64,000 nucleotides of DNA, from contig JADFZL010000017.1 of assembly GCA_015232575.1 (NCBI GenBank), positions 15,689-79,688 on the forward strand. Direction: 5' to 3'. The notes under the pieces are model-generated. The model saw only the letters and a list, made by a program, of their open reading frames with translations, searched no databases and was not told where the DNA came from. The stretch is from Candidatus Rifleibacteriota bacterium. GTDB taxonomy: Bacteria; Muiribacteriota; Ozemobacteria; Ozemobacterales; Ozemobacteraceae. This document shows, piece by piece, positions 55,080 to 64,000 of the stretch (positions are counted from its first letter, which is position 1; each line of letters begins with the position of its first letter). The position numbers and the translations under genes were made by a program.

Positions 55080-57860
55080 ATGAGTTCGAGAATAATTGCT
55101 TTCAGTGATAAAATTGAGTCATACTCCGATATTTTAAATTCTGCAGGAGGAAAAGGGGGCAATCTTCTTAGATTGTGCTCAGTTGGCGCCTCGGTACCTC
55201 CTTTTATCGTTCTTACATCAAAAGTTTTCGATGACTTTGTTTCTTTTTTCCGCGACGAATTTAACTCGGGAATAGCTGCCCTGGATCTCTCCAATCCAAA
55301 TACAATTATTGAATCCAGCGCAAAATTCCGCAATTTGATATGTTCAAAACCTCTTCCAGAAACACTTATAAACGAAATTTCCAGTAAAATCTCTATTTTT
55401 TCGGAAAATGATTTTATAGCAGTTAGATCAAGTGCCCTGGGCGAAGACTCAAAAGATTTTTCATACGCCGGAATGCTCGACAGCCACCTTTTTCAGCGCG
55501 GCAGACAACAGATTCTTGAGGCAATAAAAAAATGCTGGTCATCAATGTATTCAGACCGTGCAGTTTCTTACCGCCGCATGCAGAATCTTCCTCAAACCGG
55601 AATATCAATGGCAGTTGTCGTTCAGAAAATGATTGATGGAATTGCATCTGGTGTAACTTTCACAGTTAACCCGATTACAAAATACAATGACGAAATATCC
55701 ATTAATGCCGTTCCCGGACTTGGTGAAGGACTCGTATCCGGTGGAGTTAACGCTGATGGATTCATCTGCATCAAACGCAACGGATATCCGATTGATTCCA
55801 GGAATATTACTGAAAAAACCGAGCAGATAGTATTTGACAAAAACACTGGCTTTGGAACTTCCACAGAACCTTTTGCGCCTGATATGGCGAAAAAACCATG
55901 CATTACTGAAAAACAGGTCGAGCTTATAGCAGAAAACTGCCATAAAATTGAAAAAGCATACAACAACACCCCGCTCGATATCGAATGGACCATAGGAAAA
56001 GACAATAAGCTCTATATTCTTCAGGCCAGACCAATTACAACCATCACCTGCCCCACCCCTTCAGAACGCGAACATGTAACCATCTGGGATAACTCCAACA
56101 TTGTCGAAAGCTACTCAGGAGTTACAACACCTCTTACGTTCTCATTCGCTCTAAACGCATACCACATGGTATATGTGCAGTTCTGCCAGGTTCTTCGTGT
56201 GCCTGAATCAGTTATTCAACAGAATGACTTCTCATTCGCGAACATGCTCGGGCTTCTTAACGGCAGAATATATTACAACCTGAAAAACTGGTACAGACTT
56301 GTCTCTGTGTTGCCAGGCTACAAATACAATTCCAGATTCATGGAAGGAATGATGGGAGTCAAAGCCACTTTCGAAACTGACCTCGACAAAGATAAGAAGA
56401 TCGGTTTCTTTGAAAAGTATTTCGTCGAACTTCCCAGACTTGCCATCAGCGGAGCAAGTCTTGCCTGGAATTTCTATACAATTGAATCCAAAGTTAAAGA
56501 TTTCATGGGCAAATATCAGCAGATGTACGATAAGTACAAAGACTTTGATTTCGATTCAGCACCAGCGCACAGAATTCTTGATATCTACATTGAGTTGAAC
56601 AATAACGTCCTGAGACAATGGAAAGCCCCAATTGTAAACGATTTCATGGCAATGATTTTCTATGGCGTTCTCAAAACACTTATGAAGAACTGGAATCTCG
56701 ACACCGACGGTTCGCTTCAGAACGACCTGGTAGCGGGTCAGGGAAATGTTGAAAGTACAATTCCTTTCAGAACGCTTCAGGACATTGCGAGATTTATCGT
56801 TTCAAAATCTGATCTGCTTGAGCTTGTAAAAAAACAGGACTGTCCGGAACTTGTCACCAGACTTATCAGGAATCCCGATAACAAAGCAGGCGAAAATGAA
56901 AAGGAACTCGTAAGAAAGATAGCTGATTACCTTGTCAAATTCGGCTACAGAACAATGAATGAACTTAAACTTGAAGAGCCATCGCTCAATGAAAAACCCG
57001 AATACATTTTCCAGATACTTAAAAATTATCTTGCCGCTCCTCTACCGCCCGCAGAAGACACCGGGCACCGCGAAGCAGAGATTCGTGAAAATGCAGAAAA
57101 GAAAGTTGCCGAAATCCTTGGAGATCAGAAACTCTTCGGCTTTATTTCCAAAAACAAGATTCTCAGATTTGTTGCAGATTATACAAAAAAAGCCATGGCT
57201 TTCAGGGAATATCAGCGTTTTGCACGTACAAAAATGTACGGACTCGCCCGCCGGATATTCATGGGAATTGGCCAGCGATTCGTTGAACGCGGACTTCTTA
57301 AACATGTAGATGATGTATTCTACCTGACCCAGGAAGAAATTATTTCTTACGTTGTCGGGTGTGCCCCAAGCCAGAAACTTGATCAATTCGCCGCAATAAG
57401 AAAAGCCGAATTCGAAGCATACAGAAATTCAGAAGAACTTCCTGACCGCATTGAAACAAAGGGCATTGTTTACATGAATGACCTTAACAAAAGCGCTCTT
57501 GCAGCAGTTGAAAACACTGACCCGAACATACTCCGCGGCATAGGCGGATGTTCAGGAAAGCTTAAAGGGCGCGTAAAAGTCATTCTCAAACCGGGCGACG
57601 ACATGACCCTTAACGGTGAAATTCTTGTCGCAGCAAGAACTGACCCGGGCTGGGTGCCTCTTTTCCCTTCGGCTGCAGGTCTTCTGATCGAACGAGGAAG
57701 CATGCTTTCGCACTCTGTAATTGTCGCACGTGAGCTTGGACTTCCGGCAATTGTTGGTATTCCAGATGTAACAAAGCGCCTGAAAACCGGCGACTGGGTC
57801 GAAATGGATGGAAAAAGCGGCGTAGTAAGAATTCTTTCCGCAGAGGAAATTCCTCAATGA
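55080..57860 (+). CDS. PEP-utilising enzyme of PEP synthase / rifampicin-phosphotransferase-like architecture (ATP-grasp, helical middle, swivel His domain)
   Basis: 926 aa. N-terminal PPDK_N-like ATP-grasp (GGKGGNLLRL, AVRSSALGEDS, MAVVVQKM, DIEWTI..LYILQARPIT). C-terminal mobile domain (TDPGWVPLF, GSMLSHSVIVARELGLPAIVG). Confidence 0.85.
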   Translation: MSSRIIAFSDKIESYSDILNSAGGKGGNLLRLCSVGASVPPFIVLTSKVFDDFVSFFRDEFNSGIAALDLSNPNTIIESSAKFRNLICSKPLPETLINEISSKISIFSENDFIAVRSSALGEDSKDFSYAGMLDSHLFQRGRQQILEAIKKCWSSMYSDRAVSYRRMQNLPQTGISMAVVVQKMIDGIASGVTFTVNPITKYNDEISINAVPGLGEGLVSGGVNADGFICIKRNGYPIDSRNITEKTEQIVFDKNTGFGTSTEPFAPDMAKKPCITEKQVELIAENCHKIEKAYNNTPLDIEWTIGKDNKLYILQARPITTITCPTPSEREHVTIWDNSNIVESYSGVTTPLTFSFALNAYHMVYVQFCQVLRVPESVIQQNDFSFANMLGLLNGRIYYNLKNWYRLVSVLPGYKYNSRFMEGMMGVKATFETDLDKDKKIGFFEKYFVELPRLAISGASLAWNFYTIESKVKDFMGKYQQMYDKYKDFDFDSAPAHRILDIYIELNNNVLRQWKAPIVNDFMAMIFYGVLKTLMKNWNLDTDGSLQNDLVAGQGNVESTIPFRTLQDIARFIVSKSDLLELVKKQDCPELVTRLIRNPDNKAGENEKELVRKIADYLVKFGYRTMNELKLEEPSLNEKPEYIFQILKNYLAAPLPPAEDTGHREAEIRENAEKKVAEILGDQKLFGFISKNKILRFVADYTKKAMAFREYQRFARTKMYGLARRIFMGIGQRFVERGLLKHVDDVFYLTQEEIISYVVGCAPSQKLDQFAAIRKAEFEAYRNSEELPDRIETKGIVYMNDLNKSALAAVENTDPNILRGIGGCSGKLKGRVKVILKPGDDMTLNGEILVAARTDPGWVPLFPSAAGLLIERGSMLSHSVIVARELGLPAIVGIPDVTKRLKTGDWVEMDGKSGVVRILSAEEIPQ

Positions 57861-60229
57861 GTTCCCAGACAAACGATTCAACGATCGGAAGAGCGTTTTT
57901 CGCAAAAGCAGCCATAGTTCTTACAAAATATCGAAAAATTCTTTTTATTATTGCTGTCGTTTTAAGTTTTTCCAGTCTGTTTTTTGCGGGAAATATTAAA
58001 ATTGACAACAGTCTTGAACTCTGGTTTCTTGAAGACGACCCGACACTTAAAGCTTATCGTGAATTTAAAAAGCAGTATGGAAACGATGAAATAATCCTCG
58101 CCATGGTGGATTCAGGCGAGAAGGGGCAGTTCAGCCAGGAAATGCTTAATAAGCTTTACGCTGTTTCCAAAGCCATAAAAGACGATAAAAAGAATATTAA
58201 ACGGGTTCTCAGCGTTGGACTTGCACCCTACATCGGGCTCGACGGACAGACTCTTATTGTCGAAGACCTGATCACCGAAGAAGTCAAAACAGCAGACGCT
58301 GCGAAAAATATTGAAAAACGCTTTTACGACGATCCGCTCAAACCAAAACTACTTACAGATTTATCAAAGCGCTACGCAATATTGCTGATTGAGCCGGTTG
58401 CATCAGATGAAATGGATGTAAGACGTCCGATTATCATCAATTCTGTCAAGGAAAAACTCGAAGGACTTCCCTACAAACTAGCCGGAATGGGAGTCATGTA
58501 TGACGAGCTGAATCGCCTCAGCATCAGAGACGGCCTGGTTTTCACAATGATATCGTACATTGTGATCGGGCTTGTTGTATTCTTTCTTTATAGAAGTATT
58601 CCGTTTCTACTTACCGTCATACTGGTAATGGTTCTCGGCGGCTGTGGTTTCATCGGAATCTACGGTCTGTTCAAACAGAATTTCAACATGGTAACTATTG
58701 TACTTCCAACTTTGATGATGATACTTTCCATCTCAGATGTTGCTTATGTTTTTAACAATTATTGCTTTAATATTTCTAAAGTACGTGAGAATAAAATTAA
58801 GGGAATTGAATTTGTATTTACTGAATGTCTCTCGCCATGCCTTTTTACATCGATAACTAACTGTTTCGGTTTTTTATCACTTGTTTCAAGTTCCATGGCT
58901 GTGCTTCGCGGGTTTGGAATATTTGCTGCCGCTGCATGTATGCTGGAGTATTTTGTTTCAATGGTTGCCGTAGCATTTGTAATTGGAATCATAGACGAGC
59001 ACAAACAACAGGGACTTAACAGACCATTCGAAGGATGGGTTGATTCATGGGTTCGCCTGATGCCGAAATACTATCGTACGGTTCTTGGAATAATGGTAAT
59101 AGCAGCATGTTTCGGAATCTACGGAATAACCAAGCTTGAAGTCGATACTTATTCCATGGGTTTCCTGCATGAAACAAACCCGATAAGAATGGACAGCGAC
59201 TCAGTAGAAGCTAAATATGGCAACTACCTTCCACTCGAAGTAAGATTGATAACCGACCGCGAAGACGGTGTAAAAGATCCGGATTTCCTGAAAAAGCTTG
59301 ACCGCGCACACACTGAACTTGAATCACTTGATAAAGTTCAGCGTGCAGCATCAATAATTGATGTTTTTAAAAAACTCAATCAGGTAATGAGCGACGGGTC
59401 CTCTTCAACTTACCGTGTTCCTGAAACACTTGAGCAGGCAAGCCAATTGATGCTTCTCTACGAGTCTGACCCTGACAACGACCTGAAGTCGCTCACCGAC
59501 TCTGATTACCGTGAGGCCAGACTTACTGTAAGGCTTCCAATGGTAAGTGCAGCTCAGTTGAAAATGCTTGAAAAAAATGTTTCTCTCAAACTGAATGAAA
59601 TTTTTGACAATTCCGGTACAGCAAGCAACACAATACCGGTAAAAATTGTTTTCGGCGGCTATGTTCCTTTGTATGCAAGAATTATAAATTACATTACTGC
59701 AAGCCAGGTTACATCGTTCCTTTACGCACTTATCAGTATATTCATTACAATGGCAATTCTGCTGAAGCGTTTTGGTGCAATGTTTCTTGGAATAATTCCA
59801 AACGTGTTTCCGATACTTATGACACTTGGAATGATGGGTATTGTCGGAATAAAACTTGACATTGCAACAGTTACCATTGCCTCTATCGCTCTCGGAATTG
59901 CTGTTGATGACACTGTTCATGAACTGTTTCTTTTTTACGAGCCTTCCAGAAGCCACCTTGATCCGGTTGAGTCTATAAGTGAAGTAATAATCGAAGCCGG
60001 GCCTGCTGTCATTTCAACATCAATTATTTACGCCCTCGGATTTTCTGCATTGATCTTTGCAAGTATTAAATCAGTTATTCTTTTTGGCGGCCTTCTCGCA
60101 ATAACAATTGTATTCGGAATGTTGTGCGAGATTACCTTTCTACCGGCACTGGTGTGTTTATTCAAAGACAGTCTGGGCAGAACACGTGTTTCAGATGACA
60201 GTTCAAGCGCTAAATCAGAATCTGCATAG
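57857..60229 (+). CDS. MMPL/RND-superfamily membrane transporter
   Basis: 790 aa. Two 6-TM bundles, each preceded by a large loop. MMPL-like motifs (GNDEIILAM, AVDDTVH). 4-nt overlap with the upstream gene. Confidence 0.85.
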   Translation: MSSQTNDSTIGRAFFAKAAIVLTKYRKILFIIAVVLSFSSLFFAGNIKIDNSLELWFLEDDPTLKAYREFKKQYGNDEIILAMVDSGEKGQFSQEMLNKLYAVSKAIKDDKKNIKRVLSVGLAPYIGLDGQTLIVEDLITEEVKTADAAKNIEKRFYDDPLKPKLLTDLSKRYAILLIEPVASDEMDVRRPIIINSVKEKLEGLPYKLAGMGVMYDELNRLSIRDGLVFTMISYIVIGLVVFFLYRSIPFLLTVILVMVLGGCGFIGIYGLFKQNFNMVTIVLPTLMMILSISDVAYVFNNYCFNISKVRENKIKGIEFVFTECLSPCLFTSITNCFGFLSLVSSSMAVLRGFGIFAAAACMLEYFVSMVAVAFVIGIIDEHKQQGLNRPFEGWVDSWVRLMPKYYRTVLGIMVIAACFGIYGITKLEVDTYSMGFLHETNPIRMDSDSVEAKYGNYLPLEVRLITDREDGVKDPDFLKKLDRAHTELESLDKVQRAASIIDVFKKLNQVMSDGSSSTYRVPETLEQASQLMLLYESDPDNDLKSLTDSDYREARLTVRLPMVSAAQLKMLEKNVSLKLNEIFDNSGTASNTIPVKIVFGGYVPLYARIINYITASQVTSFLYALISIFITMAILLKRFGAMFLGIIPNVFPILMTLGMMGIVGIKLDIATVTIASIALGIAVDDTVHELFLFYEPSRSHLDPVESISEVIIEAGPAVISTSIIYALGFSALIFASIKSVILFGGLLAITIVFGMLCEITFLPALVCLFKDSLGRTRVSDDSSSAKSESA

Positions 60230-60309
60230 TTCATTCCCAACAATCATGTTATTAATGAGAGTTTCAAGGAGCTACGGTTCCAGTCATTTAAATCAAAAGG
60301 AGCTGAAAG

Positions 60310-61410
60310 ATGAAAAAACCGGCAATAGTATACAGCAATGTATGGGAAGACCCTGAATTAAACAGAGTATCTCTGAATGTCCAACCTGGAGATTCTGTTT
60401 TATCAATAACATCCGGCGGATGCAATTCACTGTGTCTGCTTCTTGAGAATCCCTCAAAAGTTGTTTCAATCGATTTCAATCCAGCACAGATTGCGCTTCT
60501 CGAATTCAAAAAAGCTGCTATTTCTCTTCTTGATTACGACGATTTTCTCGGTGTACTTGGTGTTGAGTTTTACAATAAACCGACTAAGCATACCCCTGAA
60601 AAGAGAATTCAGCTGTACAAGTCTTTTCGTGACAAGCTTCCCGGTGAAGCACGCAGTTTCTGGGATGAAAATGAATCGATAATTGGAAGCGGTGTTTTCA
60701 TGAGCGGAAAAGTAGAGAAGTTCTTTGCCCTCTACCGCTGGATTCTAGGAAAATTGTACAATTATGATGACATTGAAAAACTTTTTTTCCAGCCTGATCT
60801 TGAATCACAATGGAAATACTACCGCAGTATCAAAATTAAGCGCTGGCGCTTTCTGAATCGTTCTCTTCTTAATCGTTTTGTACTTTCGCTGGTAAAGGGA
60901 GGTCATTCTTTTGCACAGGTAGAAGACCCTGACTTATCTGAAAATCTGAACCGCAAAATTGACAGAGCAATGAAGAATCTCTATAATCCCGACAACTTCT
61001 TTATGGCACTGATGCTTCTTGGAAAGCATTTCAAACCTGAAAGTATGTCTCCATATCTTCTTGAGAAAAACTATCCGCTGTTGAAGAAAAACATTGACCG
61101 ACTTGAAACATATTACGGAATTCTCACAGACGTCCTGAAAAAATACGGACCATCAAGCTTTGACAGACTCAATCTCTCAAACATCTTTGAATGGATGGAC
61201 AACAGCACTTTCAACGGAGTAATCCGCGAAGCTATCGCCCTTTCAAAACCCCGTGCAAGACTGGCTTACAGATACACCCTTGCACGCCCGCGGGAACTTG
61301 ATTCATCCAATCTGGAAAAGTTGCAATATGAACCCGAGTTGTCAAAAAAACTTTTCAATCAGGATCGCGCTTTCATTTACGAAAGTTTTCATGCTTTTCA
61401 GCTGAAATAG
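60310..61410 (+). CDS. DUF3419 / BtaA-like SAM-dependent enzyme
   Basis: 366 aa. SNVWEDPELNRVSLNVQPGDSVLSITSGGCNSLCLLLENPSKVVSIDFNPAQIALLEFKKAAI matches the DUF3419 (COG5379) N-terminal signature. Confidence 0.75.
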   Translation: MKKPAIVYSNVWEDPELNRVSLNVQPGDSVLSITSGGCNSLCLLLENPSKVVSIDFNPAQIALLEFKKAAISLLDYDDFLGVLGVEFYNKPTKHTPEKRIQLYKSFRDKLPGEARSFWDENESIIGSGVFMSGKVEKFFALYRWILGKLYNYDDIEKLFFQPDLESQWKYYRSIKIKRWRFLNRSLLNRFVLSLVKGGHSFAQVEDPDLSENLNRKIDRAMKNLYNPDNFFMALMLLGKHFKPESMSPYLLEKNYPLLKKNIDRLETYYGILTDVLKKYGPSSFDRLNLSNIFEWMDNSTFNGVIREAIALSKPRARLAYRYTLARPRELDSSNLEKLQYEPELSKKLFNQDRAFIYESFHAFQLK

Positions 61411-61436
61411 AAATTCAACGGAAAAGCGCCCGTGAT

Positions 61437-61482
61437 GTCATCCCGAAAGCGAGGAGTCATTATTCCGTGTTATTCCGGGCGC
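61437..61482. repeat. Compact composite of a variant family-1 arm and a family-2 (CCGTG) motif
   Basis: GTCATCCCGAAAGCGAGGAGTC followed by ATTATTCCGTGTTATTCCG. The pair is bracketed by GCGCCCG (61427-33) and CGGGCGC (61484-90). Confidence 0.45.
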
Positions 61483-61666
61483 AAAAAACTCCCCCCCTGC
61501 ACACATATTAACAGGGAAAAACACAAAAGGCATAAGTCTTTTTCAAGCTTATGCCGAGCTTTTTAAAACGGGGCCTTCGCAGATTTCGGCGGGTGTCGAT
61601 GACAGCGAAAAGTCCCGTTTGTGCTCTTTCTTGGGTGAAGCAACGAAGATAAAAGAGGTGCGATGT

Positions 61667-62566
61667 GTGAAAGTTTTAATTGTTGAAGATGAAAACATCA
61701 CAAGATTTTGCATGGTTCAAAATGTTAAATCATTTGGACATGAAACTTTTGAAGCTTCCAATGGAATCGATGGACTTAAGCTTTTTAATAACATAAAACC
61801 AGATATTGTATTTTCCGATATTAACATGCCCGATATGGACGGGCTTCAAATGCTGAAAGAAATTCGAGAAATTGACAGTGAATCGATTGTCATAATTACA
61901 TCAACAATGAGTGCTCCGGAATATACTTTGTCTGCGCTTCGTCTTAAAGCAAACGATTATCTCATCAAACCAGTCATCAAAAAAGATATATCTGAAATTC
62001 TGAGAAAATACGATCATATTCTTGCAAATAGAAGTGAGAATCTTGAAGTAATTGCCGTATCACGCAAACAACTTGAATTTGAAATTGGCAATGACATTAA
62101 TCTGGTAGGAAAAATAGCTAATCGACTTCTGATTGAAACAGAGAACTCTATCTGGCATAAAGAGAAATTGGGAATTCGTCTTGGCCTGGTTGAAATTCTT
62201 ACCAACGCCATAGAACATGGCAATCTTGAAATAAGCTATTTGGAAAAATCCCAGGCACTTGATGAAGGCATTGATAAATTTATGAAACTTATTGACTCAA
62301 GGAAAAAAGAAACTCCATATTCTTCAAGAAAAGTATTAATTGAATTCATTTTGAATAAAAACTTTTGTGAATGGTATATTTCAGACGAAGGACCCGGCTT
62401 CGACTGGAAAAATATTCCCAACCCGATCGACCCGGAAAATCTCACAAATACACACGGAAGAGGCATATTTTTAACCAAACTCCAGTTTGATGAATTGGAA
62501 TATTTGGGAAAGGGCAACCAAATCCGTTTAAGAAAGTTTTTTAATCCCCGAGAGAAATTGTTTTAA
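61667..62566 (+). CDS. Response-regulator receiver fused to an RsbW/SpoIIAB-like (HATPase_c_2) Ser kinase domain
   Basis: REC: VKVLIVEDEN..PDIVFSDINMPDMDG..ITST..DYLIKP. C-terminal LGLVEILTNAIEHGN..DEGPGFD..HGRGIF. I use the GTG at 61667 (AGAGG upstream). The ORF-track start is 61619. Confidence 0.7.
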   Translation: MKVLIVEDENITRFCMVQNVKSFGHETFEASNGIDGLKLFNNIKPDIVFSDINMPDMDGLQMLKEIREIDSESIVIITSTMSAPEYTLSALRLKANDYLIKPVIKKDISEILRKYDHILANRSENLEVIAVSRKQLEFEIGNDINLVGKIANRLLIETENSIWHKEKLGIRLGLVEILTNAIEHGNLEISYLEKSQALDEGIDKFMKLIDSRKKETPYSSRKVLIEFILNKNFCEWYISDEGPGFDWKNIPNPIDPENLTNTHGRGIFLTKLQFDELEYLGKGNQIRLRKFFNPREKLF

Positions 62567-62679
62567 TGGGTGTGACTGTTAATCATTGGGCAAAATGAAA
62601 TTTGTTTGACATATCGCATTTTATTATGATATACGAAACAAGACGAAGTTAATATGAAAAAATAAAAGGATGATCTGGA

Positions 62680-63987
62680 ATGATAAAAACCTTTGTTCTT
62701 GACACAAATGTGCTTCTACACAACCATCAGTCGTTGTTTTCCTTCCAGGAAAACGAAGTTGTTATTCCGCTGGGTGTAATCGAAGAACTTGACCGTTTCA
62801 AGAGTTTCAATGACGAACGCGGACGCGAAGCCAGATCTGTATCAAGAGAACTTGATGCACTTAGAGTAAAAGGGCGTCTGAATGATGGCGTTCAGCTCGC
62901 TAATGGTGGAAATCTCAAGGTCCTGATTGACAACGAAATAAATATTCCATTCGGTTTTGACAAAAATAAAGTAGATAATAGAATTATTGCATGTGCTCTG
63001 AGTCTTAAAGAACAGGGTAAAAATGTGTATTACATTTCCAAAGATATTAATACAAGAATAAAAGCCGATGCTCTTGGTGTTGCAACTCAGGACTTCATGA
63101 CAAACAAAGTTGATATTGACGAACTTTATCCGGGCTGGAAAGAAATCGTTCTTCCGGCTCGCCAGATAGATATTTTTATTAATCAGCGCTCTCTAGACTG
63201 GTCGAAGGGCGACATGCTCAAGAATGAATTTGCTCTTCTGAAAGCAGAAGAAAACGAAAATAAGACTGCACTAGCCAAATTTTGCGGTGCAACAGGACGT
63301 TTGCTGCCGCTTTATCATCAGCACATGAAACCCTGGGGAGTTGACCCGGCAAACCTTCAGCAGAAATTTGCAACAGAACTTCTTCTCTGCAATGACGTTC
63401 AGTTAGTAACACTTGTCGGACGTGCCGGTACAGGAAAAACTCTTCTGGCACTAGCCTGCGGCCTGCAGAAGACCATCGACGAACACGTGTACAGAAAGCT
63501 TCTTGTCAGCCGTCCAATTATGCCACTCGGCAAAGATATCGGCTTCCTGCCTGGGTCAAAAGACGAAAAATTAAGTCACTGGATGCAGCCCATATTTGAT
63601 AACCTTGAATTTGTAATGGATAAAATATACAATAATTCTGAAGATGTTGACAAAAAAATGAAGTTTCTGCTTGAATCACAGAAAGTTCAGATTGAAGCAA
63701 TAACCTACATTAGAGGAAGATCCATACCAAAGCAGTACCTCATCGTAGATGAAGCACAAAACCTTACTCCACACGAAGTTAAAACAATTATCAGTCGTGC
63801 TGGCGAGGGGACAAAAGTTGTACTTACAGGCGATCCGTATCAGATTGACAATCCATATCTGGACAGCGCTTCAAATGGTTTGAATTTTGTAATTGAGAAA
63901 TTTAAGAACCAGCAGGTCTTCGGACATGTCATACTGCACAAATCTGAAAGATCTGACCTCTCGGCACTGGCTTCTGAACTTCTCTGA
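62680..63987 (+). CDS. PIN-domain + PhoH-like ATPase (PhoH2/YlaK type)
   Basis: 435 aa. N-terminal PIN (FVLDTNVLLH..DNRIIACAL). PhoH domain with Walker A GRAGTGKTLLAL and Walker B LIVDEAQNLTPHE. Confidence 0.9.
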   Translation: MIKTFVLDTNVLLHNHQSLFSFQENEVVIPLGVIEELDRFKSFNDERGREARSVSRELDALRVKGRLNDGVQLANGGNLKVLIDNEINIPFGFDKNKVDNRIIACALSLKEQGKNVYYISKDINTRIKADALGVATQDFMTNKVDIDELYPGWKEIVLPARQIDIFINQRSLDWSKGDMLKNEFALLKAEENENKTALAKFCGATGRLLPLYHQHMKPWGVDPANLQQKFATELLLCNDVQLVTLVGRAGTGKTLLALACGLQKTIDEHVYRKLLVSRPIMPLGKDIGFLPGSKDEKLSHWMQPIFDNLEFVMDKIYNNSEDVDKKMKFLLESQKVQIEAITYIRGRSIPKQYLIVDEAQNLTPHEVKTIISRAGEGTKVVLTGDPYQIDNPYLDSASNGLNFVIEKFKNQQVFGHVILHKSERSDLSALASELL

Positions 63988-64000
63988 TGCCAGATAATTG

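Overview
Gene-dense 64-kb window from a visibly AT-rich, apparently diderm bacterium (secretin, HtpX, SanA). I cannot place it taxonomically from sequence alone. I recognised no rRNA, tRNA, CRISPR array, integrase or prophage. Layout: (i) 1-15316 is a signalling supercluster. A kaiC-kaiB-PAS histidine kinase module (minus strand) continues co-directionally into REC/pseudo-kinase, cheW, STAS, cheA and an HPt gene. It diverges from a plus-strand set: frameshifted HPt, HEAT protein, cheR, cheY and a three-HPt cheA. No receptor (MCP) is present. (ii) 15617-26416 holds an Rpn-family nuclease, a three-subunit molybdo-flavoprotein dehydrogenase, SanA, a beta-CASP nuclease with a repeat-containing C-terminal half, a YqaA-like membrane protein and an orphan beta-class DNA methyltransferase. 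(iii) 26417-36509 is a repeat-rich accessory-looking stretch. It contains a secreted protein bracketed by the same repeats on both sides. It also contains a four-gene minus-strand operon (tubulin/FtsZ-like giant protein, membrane-anchored vWA, two membrane-anchored P-loop GTPases) preceded by GC-rich hairpins and 15 tandem octamers. (iv) 36510-63987 is mostly housekeeping or envelope genes: a GspD/GspE pair, polysaccharide deacetylase, HtpX, HigBA, CysE-like, MGDG-synthase-like GT, PhoU, GlyRS, radical SAM, AI-2E transporter, a PEP-utilising enzyme-MMPL-BtaA-like trio, a REC/RsbW-like regulator and PIN-PhoH. Two dispersed intergenic repeat families occur throughout. The best candidates for an undescribed system are the tubulin-like/vWA/double-GTPase operon and the KaiBC-to-Che-like phosphorelay. 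All functional calls rest on motif recognition by eye, not on database searches.
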